A stretch of DNA of 24,000 bases from an uncultured Gaiellales bacterium (GTDB lineage Bacteria > Actinomycetota > Thermoleophilia > Gaiellales > Gaiellaceae), in NCBI GenBank assembly GCA_964636655.1, contig CAZWTK010000013.1:27280-51279 (forward strand). Reading direction: 5' to 3'. This document shows, piece by piece, positions 1 to 7,013 of this stretch; the first letter of the stretch is position 1, and each line of letters opens with the position of its first letter. The notes beneath the pieces were generated by a model. The model was not told where the DNA came from, searched no databases, and saw only the letters and a program-made list of their open reading frames with translations. A program made the translations under genes and the position numbers.

Positions 1-403
1 CGGTTTGCGTAGCTGTACGAACCTGCGCCGCTGAGCGGAGCCGAGCGCCGAGGCCTGTGCGTCTGGCTCGTTCCGTCAGGCGCTCGATCAAACTCGCCCG
101 CGTGGTCGTTCCAATGCGCGCGCGACTCGTTTCGAAGTACTTCTCTCTTCGCCCGCCACCGAGCCACCCGCCCGCGGGGTCGCTTCAAGTTACCGACCCG
201 GGCGACCGAAACTCGCACATCGGTGAATCGAAAGCGAGTCAATCCTGCACCTAAGCGTAGATCGATCGAGGGCACCGGTGGGCGTCCCGGCCCAACCATT
301 CGAGTCGGTGCTCATCATCCGTGAGCGCAGTCGCGCACGCTGCTCAGCGGACGGCCGCCGATACGCTTCAGCTCACGGACTCGAACGCAAAGGGGAGACG
401 AAC

Positions 404-1222
404 TTGAGGCACAGGAGACTTTCGTTCGCTCTGGCCGCGGCGGCGGTTCTCGCCGCGCTACTGGTAGTCGCCGGAGCAGCGTCCGCTACCACCAGCATCG
501 TCGGAGCCGACTCGGTCAACACGATGCTGCGTGGCATACCGCAGCAGGGAATCGAGCTCGGAAACCCGGATGCACCGGTAACCCTGGTCGAGTTCGTCGA
601 GCCGCAGTGCCCGGGCTGCGCGCTGTGGTCGCGCGACGAGCTCCCGGGCGTGATCTCGCGCTACGTTCGCTCCGGCAAGATCCGGATCGAGTATCGAGGC
701 CTCTCCTTCGTCGGCGCAGACTCCCAGGCTCTGCTGACGCTCGCGCAGGCCGCCGGCGAGCAGGACAAGCTCTGGAACGTGGTCGAGCTCGAGTACGCGA
801 ACCAGGGCGGCGAGAACTCGCGCTACGCCGATCACGCCTATCTCGCGGCTATTGCCGGGGCCGTGCCCGGCCTCGATGTCGAACAGGCCTTCGCGCGTGC
901 GAGCTCGAACGCGGTCGTGGCGCGGATCGACCGGGCGAAGGCGCTCTCCGATCAATACGGGGTCGACCAGACGCCCTCGTTGCTGATCGGGCGAAGCGGT
1001 GACGAGCAGAACATGACGCTGATGGCCGACACGTGGGGGCAGGGCCTGCTCAACTCGATCGACGATGCACTGGCCGGGAGGCCCGTCCAGGCCAGATCGC
1101 CCGGCTTACCGGCCTGGGCGATTGCCCTCATCGCCATGGCCGGCGTCGCCGCGTTGTCGGGCGCCATCGGCGTCGCCGTCAGGCTGAGTCAGCGATCTTC
1201 CGCTCCTCCTCCGGCGGCCTGA
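404..1222 (+). CDS. DsbA-family thiol:disulfide oxidoreductase, exported/membrane-anchored
   Basis: Lies in ORF 278..1222. Thioredoxin-fold active site CPGC in 'FVEPQCPGCALW'. TTG at 404 follows AAGGGGAG with a 6-nt spacer and gives 'MRHRRLSFALAAAAVLAALLVVAGAASA', a signal peptide or TM. A second hydrophobic helix 'LPAWAIALIAMAGVAALSGAIGVAV' sits near the C-terminus. GTG 278 or GTG 308 are alternative starts. Confidence 0.8.
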   Translation: MRHRRLSFALAAAAVLAALLVVAGAASATTSIVGADSVNTMLRGIPQQGIELGNPDAPVTLVEFVEPQCPGCALWSRDELPGVISRYVRSGKIRIEYRGLSFVGADSQALLTLAQAAGEQDKLWNVVELEYANQGGENSRYADHAYLAAIAGAVPGLDVEQAFARASSNAVVARIDRAKALSDQYGVDQTPSLLIGRSGDEQNMTLMADTWGQGLLNSIDDALAGRPVQARSPGLPAWAIALIAMAGVAALSGAIGVAVRLSQRSSAPPPAA

Positions 1223-1286
1223 GCAGGGGCTCGCTCGCGTTCTTCGCGCCGGACAGCCCGGCGGCGCGGTATACAACGAGGCACAG

Positions 1287-2573
1287 ATGCGCCTCTACAG
1301 CACCCTGCAGCGCCGGCTCGTCGAGTTGCCGCCTCCACCGGCCAAGGTCGGCATCTACCTCTGCGGCCCGACCGTCTACCAGCGCATCCACGTCGGCAAC
1401 GCGCGTCCCTACGTCATCTTCCTCTGGCTCAGACGCTGGCTGACGGGTCGCGGCTACGCGGCGACACTGGTCTCCAACATCACCGACGTCAACGACAAGA
1501 TCTACGACGCCGCCCCCGGGCATAGCGCCGAGCTGGCCGAGCGGGCCTCGCGCTGGTATATCGAGGACACCGACCGCCTCGGCCTCGACCGCCCCGACGC
1601 CGAGCCCAAGGCGACAGAGACGATGGACGACATCGTCGACCTGATCGCCGAGCTGGTCGAAAGCGGGCACGCCTACGAGGCCCAGGGCGACGTCTACTTC
1701 CGCGTCGGCTCCTACGGCGCCTACGGTGAGCTCTCCGGCCAGAAGCCCGACCAGATGAACGAGCAGGAGCCGAATCCGCTCAAGCAGGATCCCCGCGACT
1801 TCGCTCTCTGGAAGGCGACCAAACCTGGCGAGGACACGAGTTGGGACTCGCCCTGGGGCAAGGGGCGGCCGGGCTGGCACATCGAGTGCTCGGCGATGGC
1901 CTCCAAGCTGCTCGGGCCGGCATTCGAGATTCACGGCGGCGGGCTCGACCTGGTCTTCCCGCACCACGAAAACGAGCTGGCTCAGTCGCGCGCCGCCGGC
2001 CAGGAGTTCGCGCACATCTGGATGCACAACGGCCTGCTGCGCCTGACCGGCGAGAAGATGTCCAAGTCGCTCGGCAACATCCAGACGCTCGCGCAGGTGC
2101 TCGAAGACTGGGGCAGAGAGACCCTGCTGCTCTTCTTCATGACCGCGCACTGGCGCAGCCCGATCGACTTCTCGCCCGAGACGATGGAGGCGGCGCGCGA
2201 GCAGGCCTGGACGTTCCGAAACGCCTTCCTGCATCCGCCCGAGCCGCAAGAGGCGCGCGGTTGGGATGCTCTCGAGGCGGTGCTGGACGACGACTTCTCG
2301 ACCACCGAGGCGCTGGCCGTGATGCACGAGTGGAGAGCGGCCGGGCAGCTCGAGCTGCTCAGGCGCGGGCTCGGGCTGTTCGGGCTGGAGACGCTGGCCG
2401 AGGCCGAGCGGGCTCCGGCCGAGCTGGAAGAACTTGCCCGGAAGAGACTCGAAGCACGTGCCGCGCGCGACTTCGTCGAGGCCGATCGCCTGCGTGACGA
2501 GATCGCCGCCGCCGGCTGGGAGGTCAGGGACGTCTCGGCCGAGCCTGGCTACCAACTCGTAAAGAAGGATTAG
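1287..2573 (+). CDS. cysS: Cysteine--tRNA ligase
   Basis: 428-aa ORF with class I aaRS motifs: 'CGPTVYQRIHVGNARP' (HIGH-type) and 'KMSKSLGN'. Zn/Cys-binding context 'WHIECSAM' and 'FPHHENE'. ATG start follows GAGG. Confidence 0.95.
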   Translation: MRLYSTLQRRLVELPPPPAKVGIYLCGPTVYQRIHVGNARPYVIFLWLRRWLTGRGYAATLVSNITDVNDKIYDAAPGHSAELAERASRWYIEDTDRLGLDRPDAEPKATETMDDIVDLIAELVESGHAYEAQGDVYFRVGSYGAYGELSGQKPDQMNEQEPNPLKQDPRDFALWKATKPGEDTSWDSPWGKGRPGWHIECSAMASKLLGPAFEIHGGGLDLVFPHHENELAQSRAAGQEFAHIWMHNGLLRLTGEKMSKSLGNIQTLAQVLEDWGRETLLLFFMTAHWRSPIDFSPETMEAAREQAWTFRNAFLHPPEPQEARGWDALEAVLDDDFSTTEALAVMHEWRAAGQLELLRRGLGLFGLETLAEAERAPAELEELARKRLEARAARDFVEADRLRDEIAAAGWEVRDVSAEPGYQLVKKD

Positions 2574-2611
2574 TCACGTCCCACCGCGAGCTCCTCTACG
2601 GTCGAAACGCG

Positions 2612-3289
2612 GTGCGCGAGGCGATTCGCGGCCCGCGCCAGGTGCTCGAGCTGTGGGTAAGCGAGCGCGCCGGCGGGCACGAGCCCTGGCTCTCGGAGTC
2701 GGGCAGCCCGCGGCTTCAGATCAAGCCCGAGCGCGACCTCTCGCAGGCTGCGCAGACGCGCGAGCACCAGGGCGTCGTGGCCTGGGTCGAGCCCTACCGC
2801 TACGCCGACGCCTACGAGCTGGCGGGAGCGACCCGTCCGCTGATCGCCTGCCTCGACCAGGTCACCAACCCGCGCAACCTGGGCGCAGTGGCCCGCGCGG
2901 CGGCGGGTGCGGGCGCAACCGGCATCGTCGTTCCGGCGCGCGGCTCGGCGCAGGTCACCGCCGAGGTCTGTCGCGCCTCGGCCGGCGCGGTCGAGCAGAT
3001 TCCGATCGCGGTGGTCACCAACCTGGCCCGCTACCTCGAGGAGATCAAGCGCGACGACCTCTGGATCTACGCCGCCGACGGCCGGGCCGAGAGGTCGTAC
3101 TGGCAGGCCGATCTCTCGGGTGGAGTCGCGCTCGTCTTCGGGGCCGAGAAGAAGGGACTGCGCCCGCTCGTGCGCCGCCGCTGCGACGACGCGCTGGCGA
3201 TTCCCCTGCTCGGCAAGGTCGAGTCGCTCAACGTCGGCGTGGCCGCGGCACTCCTTCTCTACGAAGCGCGGAGGCAACGTGACGCGTAA
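2612..3289 (+). CDS. rlmB: SpoU/TrmH-family 23S rRNA 2'-O-ribose methyltransferase (RlmB/YacO-like); true start probably upstream of 2612
   Basis: SpoU motifs 'NPRNLGAVARAAAGAGA', 'LVFGAEKKGLR' and 'IPLLGKVESLNVGVAAALLLYE'. The in-frame codons 2588..2611 encode 'ELLYGRNA', which continue into 'VREAI' from the GTG at 2612. This matches the conserved RlmB N-terminus, yet no ATG/GTG/TTG lies between the in-frame TGA at 2495 and 2612. Confidence 0.85.
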   Translation: MREAIRGPRQVLELWVSERAGGHEPWLSESGSPRLQIKPERDLSQAAQTREHQGVVAWVEPYRYADAYELAGATRPLIACLDQVTNPRNLGAVARAAAGAGATGIVVPARGSAQVTAEVCRASAGAVEQIPIAVVTNLARYLEEIKRDDLWIYAADGRAERSYWQADLSGGVALVFGAEKKGLRPLVRRRCDDALAIPLLGKVESLNVGVAAALLLYEARRQRDA

Positions 3290-3764
3290 GCCGGCTTCGG
3301 GCGCGGGGGAGGGCGAGTCGAGGCACAACGCCCCCGAGCCCACCTTCTACCTGTTCGACGGTCACAACCTCCTCTACGCGGGCAACTTCAGCGATCCGCG
3401 CGAGCTCGAGGACAAGCTGGCCAGCTTCGTTGCCCTCCGCGGCGCCCGCGGCATCGTCGTCTTCGACGGCGCAGGTGCCGCGCACACGCTCGGTCCGCTC
3501 GAGGTGCGCTTCGCCGAGGTGGCCGACTACGCGCTCGAGCGCCTGGCCGCCGAGCTGCGCGACCGTGAGCGCGTCTGCCTCGTCTCCTCCGATCTCACCG
3601 TGCGCGGAACGAGCGGCAAGGAGGTCGACAAGCGCTCCTCGCAACTCTTCCTGCAGGAGCTGGAGGAGACCAGGCTTCCGCCGCCGCCGCGGATGGCAAT
3701 CGAGGAGCGTCTCGACGAGAAGACCCGCGCCAAGCTCGAGCGCATCCGCCGCGGCCAGGAGTAA
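3279..3764 (+). CDS. yacP: YacP/Rae1-like NYN-domain ribonuclease
   Basis: C-terminal part of track ORF 2907..3764. GTG at 3279 follows GGAGG (3270-3274) and overlaps the rlmB stop by 11 nt. Shows 'FYLFDGHNLLYAG', 'GIVVFDGAG' and 'VCLVSSDLTVR', typical of YacP-type NYN/PIN-like proteins. Sits in the same position as yacP between yacO and sigH in Bacillus. Confidence 0.75.
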   Translation: MTRKPASGAGEGESRHNAPEPTFYLFDGHNLLYAGNFSDPRELEDKLASFVALRGARGIVVFDGAGAAHTLGPLEVRFAEVADYALERLAAELRDRERVCLVSSDLTVRGTSGKEVDKRSSQLFLQELEETRLPPPPRMAIEERLDEKTRAKLERIRRGQE

Positions 3765-3854
3765 TCGTCACTCGTGGCGTCCGTCGTTGCGGAAATTCGA
3801 CGCGCGACTAGCCTCGAAACGGAAACGGAAATGGGAGCCACGATTTCTCGTAGA

Positions 3855-3868
3855 CGAACACGTGTTCG
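3855..3868. promoter_or_regulatory. Perfect 14-bp palindrome CGAACACGTGTTCG in the sigH leader (candidate operator)
   Basis: Read directly from the sequence; it is self-complementary over all 14 positions. It lies in the AT-richer 249-bp gap between yacP and sigH. Confidence 0.4.
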
Positions 3869-3923
3869 CTAACGGATGGGTCCAGTGCAATGTGGTCCGG
3901 TTTTCGGGTCCATCGCAATAGAC

Positions 3924-3952
3924 TTGTATTTCAGTGGGACCACTGCTAACGT
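3924..3952 (+). promoter_or_regulatory. Candidate sigma-70-type promoter for sigH with a palindrome in the spacer
   Basis: TTGTAT (3924-3929), a 17-nt spacer, then TGcTAACGT (extended -10-like, 3944-3952). The spacer contains the palindrome CAGTGG-GA-CCACTG (3932-3945). The promoter sits about 60 nt upstream of the sigH ATG. The -10 match is weak. Confidence 0.3.
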
Positions 3953-4013
3953 CGGGCGCATCAAATTCGATATGTCCTCTAGAGAGCGGGACTAACACAG
4001 GGGTCGAGCAGAG

Positions 4014-4688
4014 ATGGCGGCACAACCAGCAAGGCGAGAGGGACGCGGTTATCAGCCTCAGAGAGCGCAGAGGGAGCTAGAGGATCTACAGCTCGTGATG
4101 AAAGCCCGCAATGGATCGTCGCAGGCGATGGACGCACTGCTGCGCCGCTACGACGGTTTCGTGCGCTTGAAGTCCAGCTCGTACTTCCTCGCCGGCGGCG
4201 AATCGGAGGATCTCGTCCAGGAGGGTCGGATCGGCCTGTACAAGGCGGTGCGCGACTTCCGCGCCGACAAGGAGACCTCATTTCGCTCCTTCGCCGAGCT
4301 CTGCGTAACGCGCCAGATCATTACCGCGATCAAGACGGCCACCCGCTTCAAGCACACGCCGCTCAACACCTACGTCTCCTTCAGCCAGACCCCCGCCGGC
4401 CAGGACTCCGACAGCGAATGCACGCTCGGAGACGCCCTTCCCGGCCCGGGCGTCGACGATCCCTCGGTCTGCGTCGTCTCCACCGAGGAACTTCAGAGCC
4501 TGGTCTTCTGCCTCGGCTCGGGACTCTCGCAGCTCGAGGCCGATTCGCTCCGGCTCTACCTCGAAGGCTCGTCCTACGAGCAGATGGCAGACGAGCTGGG
4601 CTGCGACACCAAGACGATCGACAACGCCCTGCAGCGCGTCAAGCGCAAGATCCTCGCGCACCAGCGCTCGCGAGAAGTGCTGCAGTAG
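4014..4688 (+). CDS. sigH: RNA polymerase sigma factor, SigH (Spo0H)-type
   Basis: 224 aa. 'SSSYFLAGGESEDLVQEGRIGLYKAVRDFRADKETSFRSFAELCVTRQIITAIKTATRFKHTPLNTY' and 'TIDNALQRVKRKI' follow B. subtilis SigH, as I recall it, almost position for position. It sits in the conserved position downstream of rlmB-yacP. Confidence 0.9.
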   Translation: MAAQPARREGRGYQPQRAQRELEDLQLVMKARNGSSQAMDALLRRYDGFVRLKSSSYFLAGGESEDLVQEGRIGLYKAVRDFRADKETSFRSFAELCVTRQIITAIKTATRFKHTPLNTYVSFSQTPAGQDSDSECTLGDALPGPGVDDPSVCVVSTEELQSLVFCLGSGLSQLEADSLRLYLEGSSYEQMADELGCDTKTIDNALQRVKRKILAHQRSREVLQ

Positions 4689-4739
4689 CCGGCGAAAATC
4701 CGCCCTCCCAAGAAGGGCATGACGACTTTCGTCGGTGTT

Positions 4740-4812
4740 AGCCGGAGGTCGGACTCGAACCGACGACCTAGCGCTTACAAGGCGCTTGCTCTACCAGCTG
4801 AGCTACTCCGGC
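4740..4812 (-). tRNA. tRNA-Thr (anticodon UGU)
   Basis: The reverse complement reads GCCGGAG-TA-GCTC-AGCTGGTA-GAGC-A-AGCGC-CTTGTAA-GCGCT-AGGTC-GTCGG-TTCGAGT-CCGAC-CTCCGGC-T. This is a full 73-nt cloverleaf with a GTTCGA T-loop and anticodon loop CT-TGT-AA. No CCA is encoded. Confidence 0.95.
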
Positions 4813-4831
4813 GACGCGATAGAGACTAGCT

Positions 4832-4857
4832 CTTCTCCGCGAAACTTCTCCGCGAAA
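4832..4857. repeat. Perfect tandem duplication of a 13-mer (CTTCTCCGCGAAA x2) just upstream of tRNA-Thr
   Basis: The 13-mer at 4832-4844 is identical to the one at 4845-4857. On the tRNA strand it reads TTTCGCGGAGAAG x2, 20-45 nt upstream of the mature 5' end. A TAGTCT -10-like hexamer (4823-4828, minus strand) lies between the repeat and the tRNA. Confidence 0.7.
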
Positions 4858-4889
4858 AGTCGGCCGGCGGAACCGGCTTGGACTTTTCG
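4853..4889 (-). terminator. Extended stem-loop (terminator-like) upstream of the tRNA-Thr promoter region
   Basis: CGAAAAGTC-g-GCCGG-cggaa-CCGGC-ttg-GACTTTTCG gives 9-bp and 5-bp helices. A T4 run lies in the 3' arm on either strand. There is no clean trailing U-tract, so the function is uncertain. Confidence 0.3.
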
Positions 4890-5352
4890 CCGTATGAGCC
4901 GGTGCACGAGTCTTCGCGCCTTCGGCGCGGGTGTCTCGTCTGCTCCCACGAGCGGGGCGGGCCGGCCGTCGGTGTTATCAGTGTTCGGGGCGTAGGAGTC
5001 TGGGGATGGCGTTTGGTGAGCCGCGCCCGCCATGTCGGTCGCGGCGGCCGTAGCACCCGGGGGCAGCCTTGATTCGGCGTCTTGAGCCGAGAATGGCCTA
5101 CGAGTCGGGGATGGTGATAGTTCCGACGACTTGCCCCGCGCTGTCCTTGCCGATGATTCGCTTAGCGGTCGCCACACGCAGGAGATCCGGATAGCGGCCG
5201 CGATAGGCGCGCTCGAGATCGACCAGACTAGCTCCCGATCCAGCGCGTCGTCTTCGAGAGCTCATGACCTCATGATCCGTCAAGTACGAAGTTTCTTTAG
5301 GCCTTGGTGAAGAAATCGCCCGAGACTACCCTCCGGAGGTACTCTGAGGATC

Positions 5353-5916
5353 ATGGCCGGTTGGGTCAACCTGGTCGCGGGGGCAACGCAGATCGCGATT
5401 GCGATTGCGGTCGTCGTCGAGCTGATCAGGCTGCGTCGCGGGCTGCCGCGAGTTGCGATGCTTTTGATTGCGTTCTTCGTCGTGGACGGGCTCGTTGCGA
5501 TAAACCGTCCCGATTCGCTGCTCGGCTACAGCTCGACCTTCGACGCGGTGATGACCGGTGTTGACATGGTCGTGCTGGTTGGGCTGCTCCTCTACGTCCG
5601 TCGCCTGGTTCGCGGCGCGCTAGAGACGGTCAATGAGGCGAACCTGCGGGCAAGAGAGTACGAACGCGCCCGCCGCGACTACGCGCGCCTGCTTCGGCAC
5701 CGCATCGCCAACCCGCTGATGACGATCGGAGGCGCGGCGCGGACGCTGCGGGCCAGGCGCGGCGACGAGGCGAAGCGCGAGCAGCTCCTCGAGTCGATCA
5801 TCTCGGCCTCCGAGAGTCTGGAGCGGATCTCGCTCGAGCCGCGGCCGAAAAGCGCCGAGGAGATCGAGCTCGAGCCGGCGCCGCGGCTCGAAGAGCTGTC
5901 CGGCGACAGGGGCTAG
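5353..5916 (+). CDS. Membrane protein with a histidine-kinase DHp (HisKA-like H-box) domain but no ATPase domain
   Basis: 187 aa. Three hydrophobic helices are visible (residues about 5-25, 33-52, 68-88). A coiled segment follows, then 'YARLLRHRIANPLMTIGGAARTLRA...LLESIISASESLERIS', which resembles the H-box/DHp helices (h-x-x-H-x-h-x-x-P-L). The ORF ends about 55 aa later and no HATPase_c N/G1/G2 boxes are present. ATG follows GGAGG/GAGGA. Confidence 0.7.
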   Translation: MAGWVNLVAGATQIAIAIAVVVELIRLRRGLPRVAMLLIAFFVVDGLVAINRPDSLLGYSSTFDAVMTGVDMVVLVGLLLYVRRLVRGALETVNEANLRAREYERARRDYARLLRHRIANPLMTIGGAARTLRARRGDEAKREQLLESIISASESLERISLEPRPKSAEEIELEPAPRLEELSGDRG

Positions 5917-6995
5917 AGCGAAGCCAGAGCCCGCTCGAGATCGCGCCACAGGTCGGCGACGTCCTCGAGCCCGGCGCTCAGCCTGAGCAGGCCGGGTGGT
6001 ACCCGCTCTCCCTCCCAGCGCGAGCGCGATTCGATCGTGCTGCGAGCGCCGCCGAAGCTGGTCGCGTTCTCGATCAGCCGGCAGGAGCGCTCCAGCGCAC
6101 GGGCCGCCGGCGCACCGCCCCGCACGACGAACGAGACGAGCGGGCCGAAGGCGTGCACGTATCTCGCCGCGACCTCGTCGTCCAAGCCGGGGTAGTTCAC
6201 GCTCTCGACCGCAGGATGCTCCCGCAACCGCCGCGCCAGCTCGAGCGCGGTCGCCGAGCTGCGCTCGACCCGAAGCGGCAGCGTCTTCAGGCTGCGTAGG
6301 AGCAGCCAGGCGGGGTCGGGCGAGCCGATCAGCCCGAACAGCCGACGCACCTGGAACAGGCGCTCGGCGTCCTCGTCGCGGGCGCAGCCGGCGACTCCGA
6401 GCACGAGGTCGTGGTGCCCGCCGAGCAGCTTGGTGGCGCTGTGAACGGAGAAGTCGGCGCTGTGCTCGAGCGGGCGCAACAGGACGGGCGTCAGCATCGT
6501 CGCGTCGACCGCGACGCGGGCGCCCCGCTCGTGCGCCCGGGCGATCGAGTCGTCCAGGTCGGGGAAGCTGAGCATCGGGTTGGAGCAGGGCTCGAGCCAG
6601 ACGAGCGCCGCGTCTTCCGGCGGCGGACCGGTCTGGTCGAACTCGACCAGGCGTAGGCCGAAGCGCGAGAGCTCATCCGAGATCAGGTGGCCGGTCGAGA
6701 CGTAGGCGCCGAAGGGAACGGCGACGCCGTCGCCCGGCTTGCAGAAGGTGAGCACCACTCCCGCTATCGCTGCCATGCCGCAGGAGAAGAGAAGTGCCCG
6801 CCCGCCCTCCAGCTCGCCAAGCACGCGCTCGGCCTCTGCCGCCAGCGGGTGGTCGTAGCGCTGGTAGGCGAAGCTACCGAGCTCGCCCTCGCCGTAGGGC
6901 CAGGTGGTCGCGCGATCCAAAACCGGCTGGCGTAGTCCCGCCAGTCGCGTCTCGAGGCTGAGCCGAGCCGCGGCGTCGCCGTCCTTCTCGGTCAT
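5913..6995 (-). CDS. Cys/Met-metabolism PLP-dependent enzyme (cystathionine gamma-synthase/beta-lyase family)
   Basis: 360 aa. PLP-lysine motif 'VHSATKLLGGHHDLVLG', plus 'LLFSCGMAAIAG' and 'RLSAGLEDVADLWRDLERAL', typical of the trans-sulfuration family. Its stop shares the tetranucleotide CTAG (5913-5916) with the convergent gene. Confidence 0.85.
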   Translation of the reverse strand: MTEKDGDAAARLSLETRLAGLRQPVLDRATTWPYGEGELGSFAYQRYDHPLAAEAERVLGELEGGRALLFSCGMAAIAGVVLTFCKPGDGVAVPFGAYVSTGHLISDELSRFGLRLVEFDQTGPPPEDAALVWLEPCSNPMLSFPDLDDSIARAHERGARVAVDATMLTPVLLRPLEHSADFSVHSATKLLGGHHDLVLGVAGCARDEDAERLFQVRRLFGLIGSPDPAWLLLRSLKTLPLRVERSSATALELARRLREHPAVESVNYPGLDDEVAARYVHAFGPLVSFVVRGGAPAARALERSCRLIENATSFGGARSTIESRSRWEGERVPPGLLRLSAGLEDVADLWRDLERALASL

Positions 6996-7013
6996 GCGCC
7001 GATGATAGGAGAT

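Noticed and set aside
1223-1286. Looked for a T-box or other leader upstream of cysS.
   Set aside because: Only 64 nt separate it from the preceding gene, which is too short for a T-box. No specifier or T-box motif is visible.
1179-2555. 458-aa minus-strand ORF opposite cysS. Similar long shadow ORFs occur at 7002-8318 (+), 13787-14854 (-), 13957-15354 (+), 16499-18250 (-), 17635-19593 (+), 18311-19384 (-), 20240-22102 (+) and 21480-22514 (+).
   Set aside because: Each lies antisense or out of frame to a gene with unmistakable family motifs. Their translations are Arg/Ala/Gly/Pro-rich low-complexity strings with no motifs, which is typical of stop-codon-poor frames in high-GC DNA.
2907-3278. 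Upstream 124 aa of track ORF 2907-3764.
   Set aside because: It overlaps rlmB out of frame and is Arg/Ser/Pro-rich. YacP homology starts at the GTG at 3279, behind GGAGG.
3768-4025. 85-aa minus-strand ORF covering the whole sigH leader.
   Set aside because: Its codons are mostly A/T-ending (TTA, AGA, GAA, ATA, TAT and others), unlike genuine genes here. It overlaps the sigH start and has no recognisable SD or motifs.
4853-4889. 'GAAAAGTCGGCCGG' looked superficially like the RNase P RNA CR-I box (GAGGAAAGUCCGG).
   Set aside because: The match is partial. The segment is part of a simple symmetric hairpin and none of the other conserved RNase P regions are nearby.
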